Assembly (NCBI GenBank): GCA_034027115.1
Contig: GCA_034027115.1_4703.1
Reading direction: 5' to 3' (one strand)
From: a phage
DNA length: 44,537 bases
Shown here: positions 9,698 through 18,934 of the stretch, one piece after another
Layout: every line of letters begins with the position of its first letter
Numbering within the stretch: position 1 is the stretch's first letter
Notes under the pieces: model-generated
The model's input: only the letters and a program-made list of their open reading frames with translations
The model's database searches: none
What the model was told of the DNA's origin: nothing
Position numbers and translations under genes: made by a program

Positions 9698-9839
9698 CCG
9701 TCGGAGACGGGAAAGAAAAGGGAAGATAAAGGATATAAAAGGAAGTAATAGGTATTAAAGCCTATATAGGTTATCTAGGAATACCTATTACCTTCTTCCT
9801 TCCTCTTATTACTACTTAGAGGAAGGGCAGATCTAGGTT

Positions 9840-9855
9840 GTCTCACATGTGAGAC
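9840..9855. repeat. Copy 2 of palindrome GTCTCACATGTGAGAC.
   Basis: Exact sequence read; again directly upstream of a promoter-like site. Confidence 0.9.
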
Positions 9856-9860
9856 TTCGT

Positions 9861-9883
9861 ATTTACCGGACAGTATAGATAAG
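9861..9883 (+). promoter_or_regulatory. Phage promoter-like site, variant (ATTTACCGGACAGTATAGATAAG).
   Basis: One core mismatch (CAGTATAG instead of CACTATAG); second of two tandem promoters after the RNAP gene. Confidence 0.5.
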
Positions 9884-9908
9884 ACTAACTTACTTTGGAG
9901 ATTTAACC

Positions 9909-10037
9909 ATGCGCAACTTCGAAAAGATGGCCCGTAAAGCTAACCGTTTTGACATGGAAGAAGGGCAGAAGAAAGGCAAGAAGCTGAATAAAACTGTCCG
10001 TGACCGTGCATCTAAACGCGCTGCGTGGGAGTTCTAA
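9909..10037 (+). CDS. Possible small basic protein (42 aa) directly upstream of primase-helicase.
   Basis: GGAGA SD 8 nt upstream of ATG; K/R-rich; stop 3 nt before the primase ATG; below the ORF-track length cutoff. Confidence 0.35.
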   Translation: MRNFEKMARKANRFDMEEGQKKGKKLNKTVRDRASKRAAWEF

Positions 10038-10040
10038 GTT

Positions 10041-12029
10041 ATGGCTATTATTCAGAATGTACCGTGTCCTGCCTGTCAAAAGAATGGACATGATATTACT
10101 GGCAACCATCTTATGATATTTGAGGATGGCGCTGGTTACTGTAACCGTGGTCACTTCCATGATAATGGGAAGCCTTATTACCATAAGCCAGAGGGTGGCA
10201 CCGAGATAACCGAGTTACCTATTACTGGCAATATCAAATATACACCTTCTCAATTCAAAGAAATGGAGAAGGAAGGGAAGATAAGCGACCCTAAGCTACG
10301 CGCCATCGCTCTTGGTGGTATGCGTATGAAAGACCGTTGGGAGGTCATGAATGAGCAAGAAAGGGCAGACCAAGAAGCAGAGTGGAAACTTGATGTTGAA
10401 TGGTTCCTCACGCTTAAGCGTAAGAACCTTGTATCCCGTCACATTCGAGGTGACATCGCAGCAATGTACGATGTGCGCGTTGGACACGATGAAGAGGGAA
10501 GAGTCAACCGTCACTATTATCCACGATATGAAAAGGGTGTGCTTGTTGGAGCAAAATGCCGGACGTTGCCGAAGGATTTTAAGTTCGGACACCTAGGTAA
10601 ACTCTTTGGTATGCAAGATCTTTTCGGTATGAACACTTTGTCTCACGTGTTAGACAAGGGGAGACGAAAGGATTGCTTGCTTATTGTAGGCGGTGAACTT
10701 GATGCACTAGCAGCGCAGCAGATGCTCCTTGATTCTGCCAAGGGTACTAAGTGGGAAGGCCAGCCATACCATGTATGGTCTGTCAACAAAGGCGAGTCTT
10801 GTCTTGAAGAGATAGTGCAAAACCGTGAGCATATCGCCCAATTCAAGAAGATTATATGGGGTTTTGATGGAGATGAGGTAGGGCAGAAGCAGAATCAGCA
10901 AGCGGCTCGCCTGTTTTCTGGCAAATCCTATATCCTTGAATACCCCTCTGGTTGCAAAGATGCTAACAAGGCATTGATGGCTGGCAAGGCCAAAGAGTTT
11001 GTTGATGCATGGTTTAATGCCAAGTCATCTGATGAAGTCTTTGGTAGCCAGATTAAATCTATCGCCTCTCAAAGGGATAAGCTCAAGGCTGCACGTCCAG
11101 AGCAAGGACTATCATGGCCTTGGCCTAAGCTGAACAAGGTAACGCTAGGTATTCGTAAGAACCAACTTATCATTGTAGGCGCAGGCTCTGGTGTAGGTAA
11201 GACTGAGTTCCTTCGTGAAGTAGTTAAGCACCTCATTGAAGAACACGGTGAATCTGTAGGCATCATTTCGACAGAAGACCCGATGGTCAAGGTGTCCCGT
11301 GCTTTTATCGGCAAGTGGATTGATAAGCGTATTGAGTTACCGCCAACCAACGACCCGAAAGAAGATGGATACCGTGAGGTGTTCGACTACACCGAGGAAG
11401 AGGCTAACGCCGCCATTGATTATGTAGCTGATACAGGTAAGCTGTTTGTAGCTGACCTAGAGGGTGACTATTCGATGGAAAAGGTAGAGCAAACTTGCCT
11501 AGAGTTTGAGGCTATGGGCATTTCTAATATCATCATTGATAACTTAACGGGGATTAAATTAGATGAGCGTGCTTTTGGTGGGAAGGTTGGTGCACTTGAT
11601 GAATGCGTCAAGCGGATTGGTACTATCAAAGACCGACACCCGGTTACTATATTCCTTGTATCACACCTTACACGTCCTCCGGCAAACCGTACCCAACACG
11701 AAGAAGGTGGCGAGGTTATCCTTTCTGACTTCCGAGGTTCAGGCGCTATCGGATTCTGGGCATCTTACGCCTTGGGGATTGAGCGTAATACAAGAGCTGA
11801 AACGCTTGATGAACGGACTACCACGTACATCTCATGTGTCAAAGACCGCGACCAAGGTATCTACACTGGAACCAAGGTCATGCTTAAGGGTGACATTCAA
11901 ACCGGACGTTTAATGGAACCACAAGCCCGTACTAAGTCATTTGATACAGGTGAAGCAAGGCAACAAGAAGTGCCGGATTTACCGGACACTATAGAAGAGA
12001 CAACTTTTGACGATGAACAGGAGTTTTAA
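10041..12029 (+). CDS. DNA primase/helicase (T7 gp4-like) with acidic C-terminal tail ending in Phe.
   Basis: N-terminal Cys4 zinc ribbon (CPACQKNGH...GYCNRGH), helicase Walker A (GAGSGVGKTEF), C-terminal ...TTFDDEQEF. Confidence 0.95.
   Translation: MAIIQNVPCPACQKNGHDITGNHLMIFEDGAGYCNRGHFHDNGKPYYHKPEGGTEITELPITGNIKYTPSQFKEMEKEGKISDPKLRAIALGGMRMKDRWEVMNEQERADQEAEWKLDVEWFLTLKRKNLVSRHIRGDIAAMYDVRVGHDEEGRVNRHYYPRYEKGVLVGAKCRTLPKDFKFGHLGKLFGMQDLFGMNTLSHVLDKGRRKDCLLIVGGELDALAAQQMLLDSAKGTKWEGQPYHVWSVNKGESCLEEIVQNREHIAQFKKIIWGFDGDEVGQKQNQQAARLFSGKSYILEYPSGCKDANKALMAGKAKEFVDAWFNAKSSDEVFGSQIKSIASQRDKLKAARPEQGLSWPWPKLNKVTLGIRKNQLIIVGAGSGVGKTEFLREVVKHLIEEHGESVGIISTEDPMVKVSRAFIGKWIDKRIELPPTNDPKEDGYREVFDYTEEEANAAIDYVADTGKLFVADLEGDYSMEKVEQTCLEFEAMGISNIIIDNLTGIKLDERAFGGKVGALDECVKRIGTIKDRHPVTIFLVSHLTRPPANRTQHEEGGEVILSDFRGSGAIGFWASYALGIERNTRAETLDERTTTYISCVKDRDQGIYTGTKVMLKGDIQTGRLMEPQARTKSFDTGEARQQEVPDLPDTIEETTFDDEQEF
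11977..11999 (+). promoter_or_regulatory. Phage promoter (ATTTACCGGACACTATAGAAGAG) embedded in the 3' end of the primase-helicase gene.
   Basis: Full consensus match; lies inside codons for ...VPDLPDTIEE. Confidence 0.6.
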
Positions 12030-12190
12030 TGGAAATTATTAAACCAGTATTGAATATCGGTATTGAGATCCTATTCATGCTTGTGATCGCAGATTATGCT
12101 GCACGATATGGCTTCAAGAAAGCAGTGAAACTTATCGTTGCATCTGGTTTTATGATGTCAATGTTCTTTATTGTAACACGCCTTATCTAG
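12029..12190 (+). CDS. Possible small membrane protein (53 aa).
   Basis: ATG overlaps the primase stop (TAATG); highly hydrophobic translation (ILFMLVIADY...FMMSMFFIV); below ORF-track cutoff. Confidence 0.35.
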   Translation: MEIIKPVLNIGIEILFMLVIADYAARYGFKKAVKLIVASGFMMSMFFIVTRLI

Positions 12191-12203
12191 TGTATTTATC
12201 AGG

Positions 12204-12227
12204 GCTTGTCTCACATGTGAGACAGGC
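12204..12227. repeat. Copy 3 of the palindrome, extended form GCTTGTCTCACATGTGAGACAGGC, followed by CTCTTATT.
   Basis: Exact read; extended stem of about 11 bp with one G-U pair; U-rich 3' flank suggests terminator or processing hairpin. Confidence 0.85.
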
Positions 12228-12256
12228 TCTTATTAAGTACATTAAATAACTGGAGA

Positions 12257-12946
12257 TTGATTATGTATAAATTAGTATTGAATGTAGGTGATTATGTTCG
12301 TAACATCAATGAAGCCTCACGTCGTTATCGTTGCCGTGGTGTAGTGGCTCGTGTAAGTGAGAACATGTATCATGTAGAATATGATGATGGTATTAAGGCT
12401 TCTTATCACAAGAAAACCGCACATAAATATCTTGAAAAGGTTGTAGAGGTAAGCAATCAATGTAAGTGCATACATGATGAGGTTTGCGATAAATGTGCTC
12501 GCCAGATGCTTAAGAATTTCCTAGCCCCTCTTTATTATGGTGCTGGTCCTCAAACACTAGCAGAGTACATGGCAGAAAAGAAAACCACACTCAAGAAAGA
12601 GCGTCGCAATGTAATCACTGGTAAGACTCAGAGTGAGATGATTAAGCAATGTGGCACTGCATTAGGTGTTACACAGTTCAATACTCGTGCATTGGGTAAA
12701 TCCACAGGACAAGCTATGGTGAAAATTGGTGAAGCTATGATGCACCCAAATGTGCCTGTGCGAATCTTGGATGTTGACTATGCAATCACAGAGCATGGCA
12801 CACCACGGCGTGTAGCTAATGATCATTTCGCCGACACTATAGAAGGTATTATTCGTAAGCAAGGGTTGAAGGGTCTTCACATCTTAAATGGTGAAGAATT
12901 ACTGTACCTGCCTATCGTTACTGAAGAAACATACGTGAATATCTAA
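12257..12946 (+). CDS. Hypothetical protein (229 aa).
   Basis: GGAG SD; uninterrupted ORF; no recognisable motif. A promoter-like ATTTCGCCGACACTATAGAAGG sits inside it at 12825..12846. Confidence 0.6.
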   Translation: MIMYKLVLNVGDYVRNINEASRRYRCRGVVARVSENMYHVEYDDGIKASYHKKTAHKYLEKVVEVSNQCKCIHDEVCDKCARQMLKNFLAPLYYGAGPQTLAEYMAEKKTTLKKERRNVITGKTQSEMIKQCGTALGVTQFNTRALGKSTGQAMVKIGEAMMHPNVPVRILDVDYAITEHGTPRRVANDHFADTIEGIIRKQGLKGLHILNGEELLYLPIVTEETYVNI

Positions 12947-12956
12947 GGAGTTAATC

Positions 12957-13175
12957 ATGACTAAGGTATTAATTTATATGCGTGGACCTCATAAATGCTA
13001 TGCAGTTGTAGCACCAAATGGCGTTAAGCCTTATCGTACTTCAAAAAGATTGGCATTAATAGGTGCTAGTAGTAGTGCAAGTTTCCAAATGGAACTTTTT
13101 GGTCATCGGACTGAAAGGCAATTCCGTGAGGATTTTAAAGTCATTGGCAGTTTCATGGTGAAATATGCAGAATAA
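12957..13175 (+). CDS. Hypothetical protein (72 aa).
   Basis: AGGAG SD upstream of ATG. Confidence 0.45.
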   Translation: MTKVLIYMRGPHKCYAVVAPNGVKPYRTSKRLALIGASSSASFQMELFGHRTERQFREDFKVIGSFMVKYAE

Positions 13176-13351
13176 ACATAGTCTTAGAATGTTCGATGGT
13201 CATGAAGACCTGCAAGCCAAGATTACTAACCAAGCCTTCCTGTTCGCACAGTTAACTATGGCTGAGGCCAAGAAGAATAGTCTCACTCGTGAACAGGTTA
13301 TCAAGGAAAGTGAAGTGAAACGTAAGATTCGCAGTCGATAAGTCAAGGGTT

Positions 13352-13367
13352 GTCTCACGTGTGAGAC
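13352..13367. repeat. Copy 4 of the palindrome, variant GTCTCACGTGTGAGAC, with extended stem and U-rich tail.
   Basis: Exact read: ggttGTCTCACGTGTGAGACagcc then ttttatc. Confidence 0.85.
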
Positions 13368-13492
13368 AGCCTTTTATCATGTTGATTGGAGGTGCATTAT
13401 GCCACGTGATTATGATTCTGATTGGGACTACTATGACTCAATGAATCCAAAACCAGAACGTTCAGATGATTACTACGAAACAGAGGCAATGT

Positions 13493-13711
13493 ATGAAAAC
13501 TATTAAAGTCAGTAAGGTTTGCTCTTGCGGTAAAGGTTATCGCAGTCGTATTGATGGTAAGTGTGGACATTGTAGGTCTAAGAAAGAGGCTGCTTTGTTT
13601 GACAAGTACCACAATGAATTAGCCTATAACTACCCACATCTAACACCTAATTCTTTATTAGGGCTTGGTTATAGGGCTAAATACTTTGGAGCAATCTATG
13701 AAATCAATTGA
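13493..13711 (+). CDS. Small Cys-rich (zinc-ribbon-like) protein, hypothetical.
   Basis: C-x-C...C-x-x-C pattern (VCSCGKGY...GKCGHCRSKK); start ambiguous (13466 or 13493). Confidence 0.4.
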   Translation: MKTIKVSKVCSCGKGYRSRIDGKCGHCRSKKEAALFDKYHNELAYNYPHLTPNSLLGLGYRAKYFGAIYEIN

Positions 13712-16244
13712 TTGGAAGAAGGAGGCAGAAGGTCGTATCCTCGTGATGGATGCGGAAGCTAAAGGACTCCTTGACGCTATCCGATATGGACACCGTGAAG
13801 ATGTGCATATCATTTGCTGCATGGATTTGCTTACTACCGAGGAGTTTCTCTTCTTTGACCCGTATGAGATGCGTGACCCTGAAGCAAGAGAACGCCTGAA
13901 GGAATGGGAAGGTCATCAAGACGGAACCTTGGTTGATGGTGTTAACTTCCTGAAGCATTGTGAAGCTATTGTGTCACAGAACTTCCTAGGGTATGACGGA
14001 CTTCTCTTTGAGAAAGCATTCCCTGATATTTGGAAAGGCTTTAACTATACCGAGAAGCGCGGTAAGGGCAGACTCCGTGCTGACCTGTGTCCGGTGCGAG
14101 TCATGGATACGCTGGTGATGAGTCGCCTGTTAAACCCCGATAGACGCCTTCCTCCGCAAGCATATGCCAAAGGTATGGGTAACGTCGCCCCTCACTCAAT
14201 TGAGGCGCACGGCATCCGTATAGGTCGCTATAAACCGGAGAACGAGGACTGGTCTAAACTAACTGACCACATGGTTCACCGTGTACGTGAGGACGTGGCG
14301 ATTGGTCGTGACTTGTTCCTCTGGCTCTTTAACGGGGAATGGATGGAGCACAAACGCCGTGGCGTGAATAAACGCACGGGCCTAGGCATTGAGACAGCCT
14401 TCCACATGGAGTCCATTGTGGCGCTGGAGATGAGCCGTCAGGCCGAGCGCGGGTTCCGTCTGGACATCGACAAGGCTTTGGCCCGATGCGAAGAATTGGA
14501 CGCTAAGATTGATGAGACAGTCGCAGCGTTCCGCCCTCACATGCCTATGCGTATCAAGTCTAAACCTTTTAAACCGGAAGAAAAGAATGAAGTATGCCAA
14601 CGCGCAAATGAGTATGGAGCTAGCAACAATATACCTACTGTCCTTGACCTCTCACACTTTCTTCATGCCGAGAGACGAGGAGATCGCAAGACAGTATGGA
14701 GTGTCACTACTAAGTCTGGTGATTGGTCGGCTAGTGTCAAGAAAGACTTTCCTCACCTTAGAGGAAACCGTAATGACACGCCAAGCATCAAGTGGATTGG
14801 CGCTTACTCGCCTGTTACTTTCGAAGAGATTCCCTTGGGTAACAGGGCTACAGTTAAGCAAGTGCTCTATAAGTATGGATGGAAAGGTGTTGAATTTAAC
14901 GATACCGAGCAAGCCCATCTCGATGAGCACGGAGTGTTACCAGAACCTTGGAGTGGTAAGATAAATGAAAAGTCCCTCACTTTATGGCAAGAAAGAGCCG
15001 CACGTGAAGGTAAAACAGTCCCTGATTGGTGCTTGGGTATCGCTGCATGGTACATACTCGTATCCCGTCGTGGTCAGATACTCAATCGTGGTGACGTTGA
15101 AGCCTTCAACGAGAAGGGAACGTGGCCCTCGCAGGTTGGTGTACGAAAGTGTCGCGGCCTTGTACCTGTAGCATTCAACAAGGAGCTAGGAATTACTGCG
15201 CAGCAATACTACGAGAGGTACGGATGTTGGCCTACGTCTGACAAAGATGACGGAGAGTGGCGTGTTCCAGCTGTTGCTATTAGTATTGGCACTTCTACGT
15301 TCCGTATGCGTCATCGTAACGTGGTTAATATTCCTGCCCGTGGCTTGTATCCTTTACGTGATTTATTCATAGCAGGGAAAGGCAAGCTAATCCTTGGTTG
15401 TGACGGTGCAGGTCTTGAACTGCGTGTCCTGTCTCACTTCATGAATGATCCTGAGTACCAAGAGATTGTACTGCACGGTGATATTCATACGCATAACCAG
15501 ATGAAGGCTGGTCTTCCTAAGCGTGATATGGCGAAGACGTTTATATACGCCTTCCTCTATGGTTCTGGTATAGCCAACCTTGCAGCAGTCTGCGGTGTTA
15601 CTGAGGAAGAAATGAAGGAAGTTGTGGCAAGATTCGAGATTGAACTACCGTCTCTTGCACGTCTTCGTGAGAATGTTATCGCACAAGGTAACAAGTTTGG
15701 CTACCTGCAAGCACCTGATGGGCATTGGGGTCGCATCCGCATGTCTGGTGGTGAACTTAAAGAGCACACGATGCTTAACGTATTACTCCAGATGACTGGC
15801 TCTTTGTGTATGAAATATGCATTAGTCAAGGCATTTGCAGTAATGCGCAAGGAAGGTGTAGCTTTGGATGCTATGGGAAATCCTTGTGGTGTGGCTAACG
15901 TGCATGATGAAATCCAGATGGAAGTTCCTGAAGAGGAGGTCTTGTATCTTAACTACGACCTACCTTTCACCTTAGATGGGTTCGAAACAGAGAAGGCTGC
16001 TGTGAAAGCAGTTTTCGATGCAGAGGAGAAACGTGTTCATGTGGATTCTGAAGGACGTATGTGGTCTGCTGCAAACCTCGTTAGCGTTGATGCTGATGCT
16101 GGTGTATTGCATTGCCAGCGCCGTTATCACCGTGCAGGTCATATCATTGCCGACGCCATGACTTGGGCAGGGCAGTATCTGAAGATGCGTTGCCCGATGG
16201 CAGGAGAATATAAGATTGGCGCAAGCTGGAAGGAAACACACTGA
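13698..16244 (+). CDS. DNA polymerase, family A (T7 gp5-like).
   Basis: Pol I motifs (KTFIYAFLYGSG; VHDEIQMEV); GGAG SD before ATG 13698 (the ORF track start at 13665 overlaps the upstream gene). Confidence 0.95.
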   Translation: MKSIDWKKEAEGRILVMDAEAKGLLDAIRYGHREDVHIICCMDLLTTEEFLFFDPYEMRDPEARERLKEWEGHQDGTLVDGVNFLKHCEAIVSQNFLGYDGLLFEKAFPDIWKGFNYTEKRGKGRLRADLCPVRVMDTLVMSRLLNPDRRLPPQAYAKGMGNVAPHSIEAHGIRIGRYKPENEDWSKLTDHMVHRVREDVAIGRDLFLWLFNGEWMEHKRRGVNKRTGLGIETAFHMESIVALEMSRQAERGFRLDIDKALARCEELDAKIDETVAAFRPHMPMRIKSKPFKPEEKNEVCQRANEYGASNNIPTVLDLSHFLHAERRGDRKTVWSVTTKSGDWSASVKKDFPHLRGNRNDTPSIKWIGAYSPVTFEEIPLGNRATVKQVLYKYGWKGVEFNDTEQAHLDEHGVLPEPWSGKINEKSLTLWQERAAREGKTVPDWCLGIAAWYILVSRRGQILNRGDVEAFNEKGTWPSQVGVRKCRGLVPVAFNKELGITAQQYYERYGCWPTSDKDDGEWRVPAVAISIGTSTFRMRHRNVVNIPARGLYPLRDLFIAGKGKLILGCDGAGLELRVLSHFMNDPEYQEIVLHGDIHTHNQMKAGLPKRDMAKTFIYAFLYGSGIANLAAVCGVTEEEMKEVVARFEIELPSLARLRENVIAQGNKFGYLQAPDGHWGRIRMSGGELKEHTMLNVLLQMTGSLCMKYALVKAFAVMRKEGVALDAMGNPCGVANVHDEIQMEVPEEEVLYLNYDLPFTLDGFETEKAAVKAVFDAEEKRVHVDSEGRMWSAANLVSVDADAGVLHCQRRYHRAGHIIADAMTWAGQYLKMRCPMAGEYKIGASWKETH

Positions 16245-16526
16245 TGGATAGGCTTGACATTATTTGCCTATTCTTCACTCTCTTTCTTACACTCCTTATG
16301 CTTGCTTGTTATGGGAGTATGAGACTAGATATACCTGATGAAGAAGAGGGTTACGACTAATGCAAACTGCTTTTATTATTCTTGGTATCATATTATTTAT
16401 GGTAGTACTCTGGGCCTTCTCTGGCATTGACCCGGATTGTGATGGTAACTACGACTGAGTTATACTCAAGGTCACTTACGAGTGGCCTTTATGGATAACT
16501 TATCCCTACTTATTTTGTCTAACATG

Positions 16527-16548
16527 ATTTACTGGACACTATAGAAGG
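16527..16548 (+). promoter_or_regulatory. Phage promoter, consensus copy (ATTTACTGGACACTATAGAAGG).
   Basis: Exact consensus in an intergenic position. Confidence 0.7.
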
Positions 16549-16613
16549 AAAGCCTAGACAATCTAGGTTTATAAGGTAGTATAGGTAATTAAGTAAATAT
16601 AGGAGATATAAAC

Positions 16614-16991
16614 ATGTCTATGGTAACTACTCTGGTATTTGTAGCTCAATACTTTCGTGGTCTGGCTAATAAGTTCAAGTCCAAGGCTATCAAAGTTATT
16701 GAGTCTCGCATCGAGGCAGTACAGGCAGAGCAAGTTAAAGTTGAAGAACATCGTAGTTCTAAAATGATTGACTGCCATAACCGCTACTATGCATCTCGTG
16801 ATGACCTTAATGCACGCCAAGTCAAAGAGGTTGAAGAGATGCTGGCACGTCACCAGCAAGAGCGCGACAGTCTGAAAGCTGAATTTGAAGAGAACAAGGC
16901 ATCCATCGCCCTTGTACATCAAGCCGCATCTGACAGCCTGAAGAAAGAGATTGTTATGCTGGAAATTGAGTTAGACAACCTGACCAAATAA
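16614..16991 (+). CDS. Hypothetical protein (125 aa), hydrophobic N-terminus plus coiled-coil.
   Basis: SD TAGGAG; heptad-like charged C-terminal region. Confidence 0.55.
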   Translation: MSMVTTLVFVAQYFRGLANKFKSKAIKVIESRIEAVQAEQVKVEEHRSSKMIDCHNRYYASRDDLNARQVKEVEEMLARHQQERDSLKAEFEENKASIALVHQAASDSLKKEIVMLEIELDNLTK

Positions 16992-17010
16992 TTACTGGAC
17001 ACTATAGAAC
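16990..17010 (+). promoter_or_regulatory. Phage promoter variant (AATTACTGGACACTATAGAAC).
   Basis: Near-consensus match immediately after the upstream stop. Confidence 0.55.
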
Positions 17011-17153
17011 AATAGGTCGGCTTAGTTCGGCCTATGATTGTAAAGTGTTGAACCTTATTGTGCATCTTGCACAACCCGATGCTATATCGGGCTTTCTAGC
17101 GAGTACATGCTTGTGCTCAGTACAAAGCTAACTGACAATAGGAGACTAAATAA

Positions 17154-17960
17154 ATGGCACGTGGTGATTTTGATTTTGGTGCTCAGGTTACTAAGGCTGA
17201 AGGTAAAGTATTTAAGAACCCTGAAGTTGGTGATCATGAAGCAGTAATCTCTGGCATCATTCATGTTGGTTCCTTCCAAGATATTTTTAAGAAAGGTAAT
17301 ACCACTGAGGTTAAGAAGCCAGCAAACTTTGTTCTTGTTAAGATTATCCTGATGGGTGACGACGACAAGAATGAAGATGATTCTCGCATGGAACAGTGGA
17401 TGGCTGTGCCTCTGAAGTCTGGTGACAAGGCAACCTTGACTAAGTTCCTGAATGCAGTTGACCCTAAAGAGCTGCTTGGTGGTTTCGATGACTTCATCGG
17501 TGAATGCCTGACTGCAACTATGGTTGGCTCTGGCGACAAGAATGATGATGGTACTTTCAAGTATGTTAACTGGAAAGGCTTTGGCGGTATGCCTGATAAG
17601 TTGAAGAAGCTTGTACTGGCTCAGGTAGAAGAGGAAGGTCTGTCTATGACAGGTCATATCACCTTCGACAAGCTGACCAAAGAAATCCTTGATGACATCC
17701 CAGCTAACTTGGTGCGTCAATACTTCCTTAATGAAACACCTCGTGGTAAGAACCTGTCTGTTGCTGGTTCTCACGTAGAAGCAATCATTAAAGCTGCTCG
17801 TGAAGAAGACCCAGAGTGGAAGAAAGCCAAGAAGAAAGATGACGAGGATGCTACTCCAGCTAATCGTAAATCTCTGGATACTGGTGAGTCTGTTCCACAG
17901 GAAGTACCTGAAGCAGAAGATACTCCTGCACCGGAGATGGATGAGGACGCGGAATATTAA
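17154..17960 (+). CDS. Abundant-looking protein with acidic C-terminal tail ending in Tyr (268 aa); candidate single-stranded DNA-binding protein (function inferred).
   Basis: AGGAG SD; codon usage rich in ctg/cgt/ggt/gct; C-terminus ...EAEDTPAPEMDEDAEY resembles the acidic aromatic tail of T7 gp2.5. Confidence 0.7.
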   Translation: MARGDFDFGAQVTKAEGKVFKNPEVGDHEAVISGIIHVGSFQDIFKKGNTTEVKKPANFVLVKIILMGDDDKNEDDSRMEQWMAVPLKSGDKATLTKFLNAVDPKELLGGFDDFIGECLTATMVGSGDKNDDGTFKYVNWKGFGGMPDKLKKLVLAQVEEEGLSMTGHITFDKLTKEILDDIPANLVRQYFLNETPRGKNLSVAGSHVEAIIKAAREEDPEWKKAKKKDDEDATPANRKSLDTGESVPQEVPEAEDTPAPEMDEDAEY

Positions 17961-17969
17961 GGAGAAAGG

Positions 17970-18188
17970 ATGAAAGTACAAATCGTAACCCTGCACTGCA
18001 AGAAAGGTATCACAACGCTCGGAGGTAGCACTTTCCACTCTTTCTCCGAAGGGGAGATTTATGCTGACCTGCACTACATCTGGCGCGACGGACAGCACGT
18101 GGTGAACTACAGCGACCCAGCTACGGGGAAACGCCACGGCGTATCGCTTCCTGCGCATGACATTGCTCAGGTGAACACAGTTTTATAA
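17970..18188 (+). CDS. Hypothetical protein (72 aa).
   Basis: AAGGAG SD directly upstream of ATG. Confidence 0.55.
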   Translation: MKVQIVTLHCKKGITTLGGSTFHSFSEGEIYADLHYIWRDGQHVVNYSDPATGKRHGVSLPAHDIAQVNTVL

Positions 18189-18189
18189 A

Positions 18190-18205
18190 GTCTCACATGT
18201 GAGAC
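18190..18205. repeat. Copy 5 of palindrome GTCTCACATGTGAGAC.
   Basis: Exact read; 15 nt upstream of a consensus promoter. Confidence 0.9.
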
Positions 18206-18220
18206 AAATCGGTGTCCGGT

Positions 18221-18243
18221 ATTTACTGGACACTATAGAAGAG
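18221..18243 (+). promoter_or_regulatory. Phage promoter, consensus copy (ATTTACTGGACACTATAGAAGAG).
   Basis: Exact consensus. Confidence 0.7.
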
Positions 18244-18292
18244 AAGAATTTTAATCGGCGATAATGCCACAACTAACAAAGGAGAATTTAAT

Positions 18293-18667
18293 ATGTTCAA
18301 GATTGAAACTATCGTAAACCGTGTTGTTAAAGGTGCTGCTCTGGTATCCGTTGAGTCTTTCATTATCGTCGATGAAGCTGATCAACTGGTAGCTGGTACT
18401 AAGGCTTATGATACTCGTGAAGAAGCTCAGGCTAAGATTGACAGCATGGGTAACTTCGCTGCGGGTCTGGAGTTCGCTCGTGCTTGCTTCCCTGAGCAGG
18501 CTGACAAAGCTCAGATTGGTAAGGCTAATATCGTAGCTGAATATCTGGATTGGATTGCTGCTGGTAAGCCGGTGAAAGAAGTTAAAGCTGCGGAAGAAGT
18601 TGAATCTCCGGCAGTAGAAGAAGTAGCTGCACCGGAAGTTCCGGTAAGCGAAGAAGAAGAGTTTTAA
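18293..18667 (+). CDS. Small acidic protein (124 aa) ending ...VSEEEEF; likely highly expressed; function unknown.
   Basis: AAGGAGA SD; optimal-codon-rich; flanked by a consensus promoter upstream and a hairpin plus T-run downstream. Confidence 0.75.
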   Translation: MFKIETIVNRVVKGAALVSVESFIIVDEADQLVAGTKAYDTREEAQAKIDSMGNFAAGLEFARACFPEQADKAQIGKANIVAEYLDWIAAGKPVKEVKAAEEVESPAVEEVAAPEVPVSEEEEF

Positions 18668-18672
18668 TTGAT

Positions 18673-18706
18673 GCCCTGTCTGCCTTAGTGTAGGCAGGGT
18701 CTTTTG
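18673..18706 (+). terminator. Putative rho-independent terminator.
   Basis: GCCCTGTCTGCC-ttagtgta-GGCAGGGTC followed by TTTT. Confidence 0.5.
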
Positions 18707-18934
18707 CGTAATAGTTATTGGAGAATGAATTATGCCGACTATTGAAGAACGTTTCCTGATTCACGTGAGCTTCTCATCCATACATCTTGGTTATCTTATC
18801 ACTATTCTCTTAGGTGAAGAGATTTATCTGCATAACCACTTAATACCAGAGTATGTATGTCACCGAGATAAGATACACCCTGCTAATTGGGCGAAAGAGT
18901 GGCTGCGTGAACATGTGCTGAAGGAGTGGCCTAC

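Noticed and set aside
14509-15171. Plus-strand ORFs 14509..14964 and 14965..15171 in alternative frames
   Set aside because: Both lie inside the DNA polymerase gene in other frames; no independent start signals; polymerase motifs are continuous in the main frame.
17082-18158. 358-aa ORF on the minus strand
   Set aside because: Antisense to two strongly supported + strand genes with SD sequences and promoters; no RBS, and the translation is Cys/Phe/Leu-rich as expected from antisense of codon-biased genes. All convincing genes in this phage type are on one strand.
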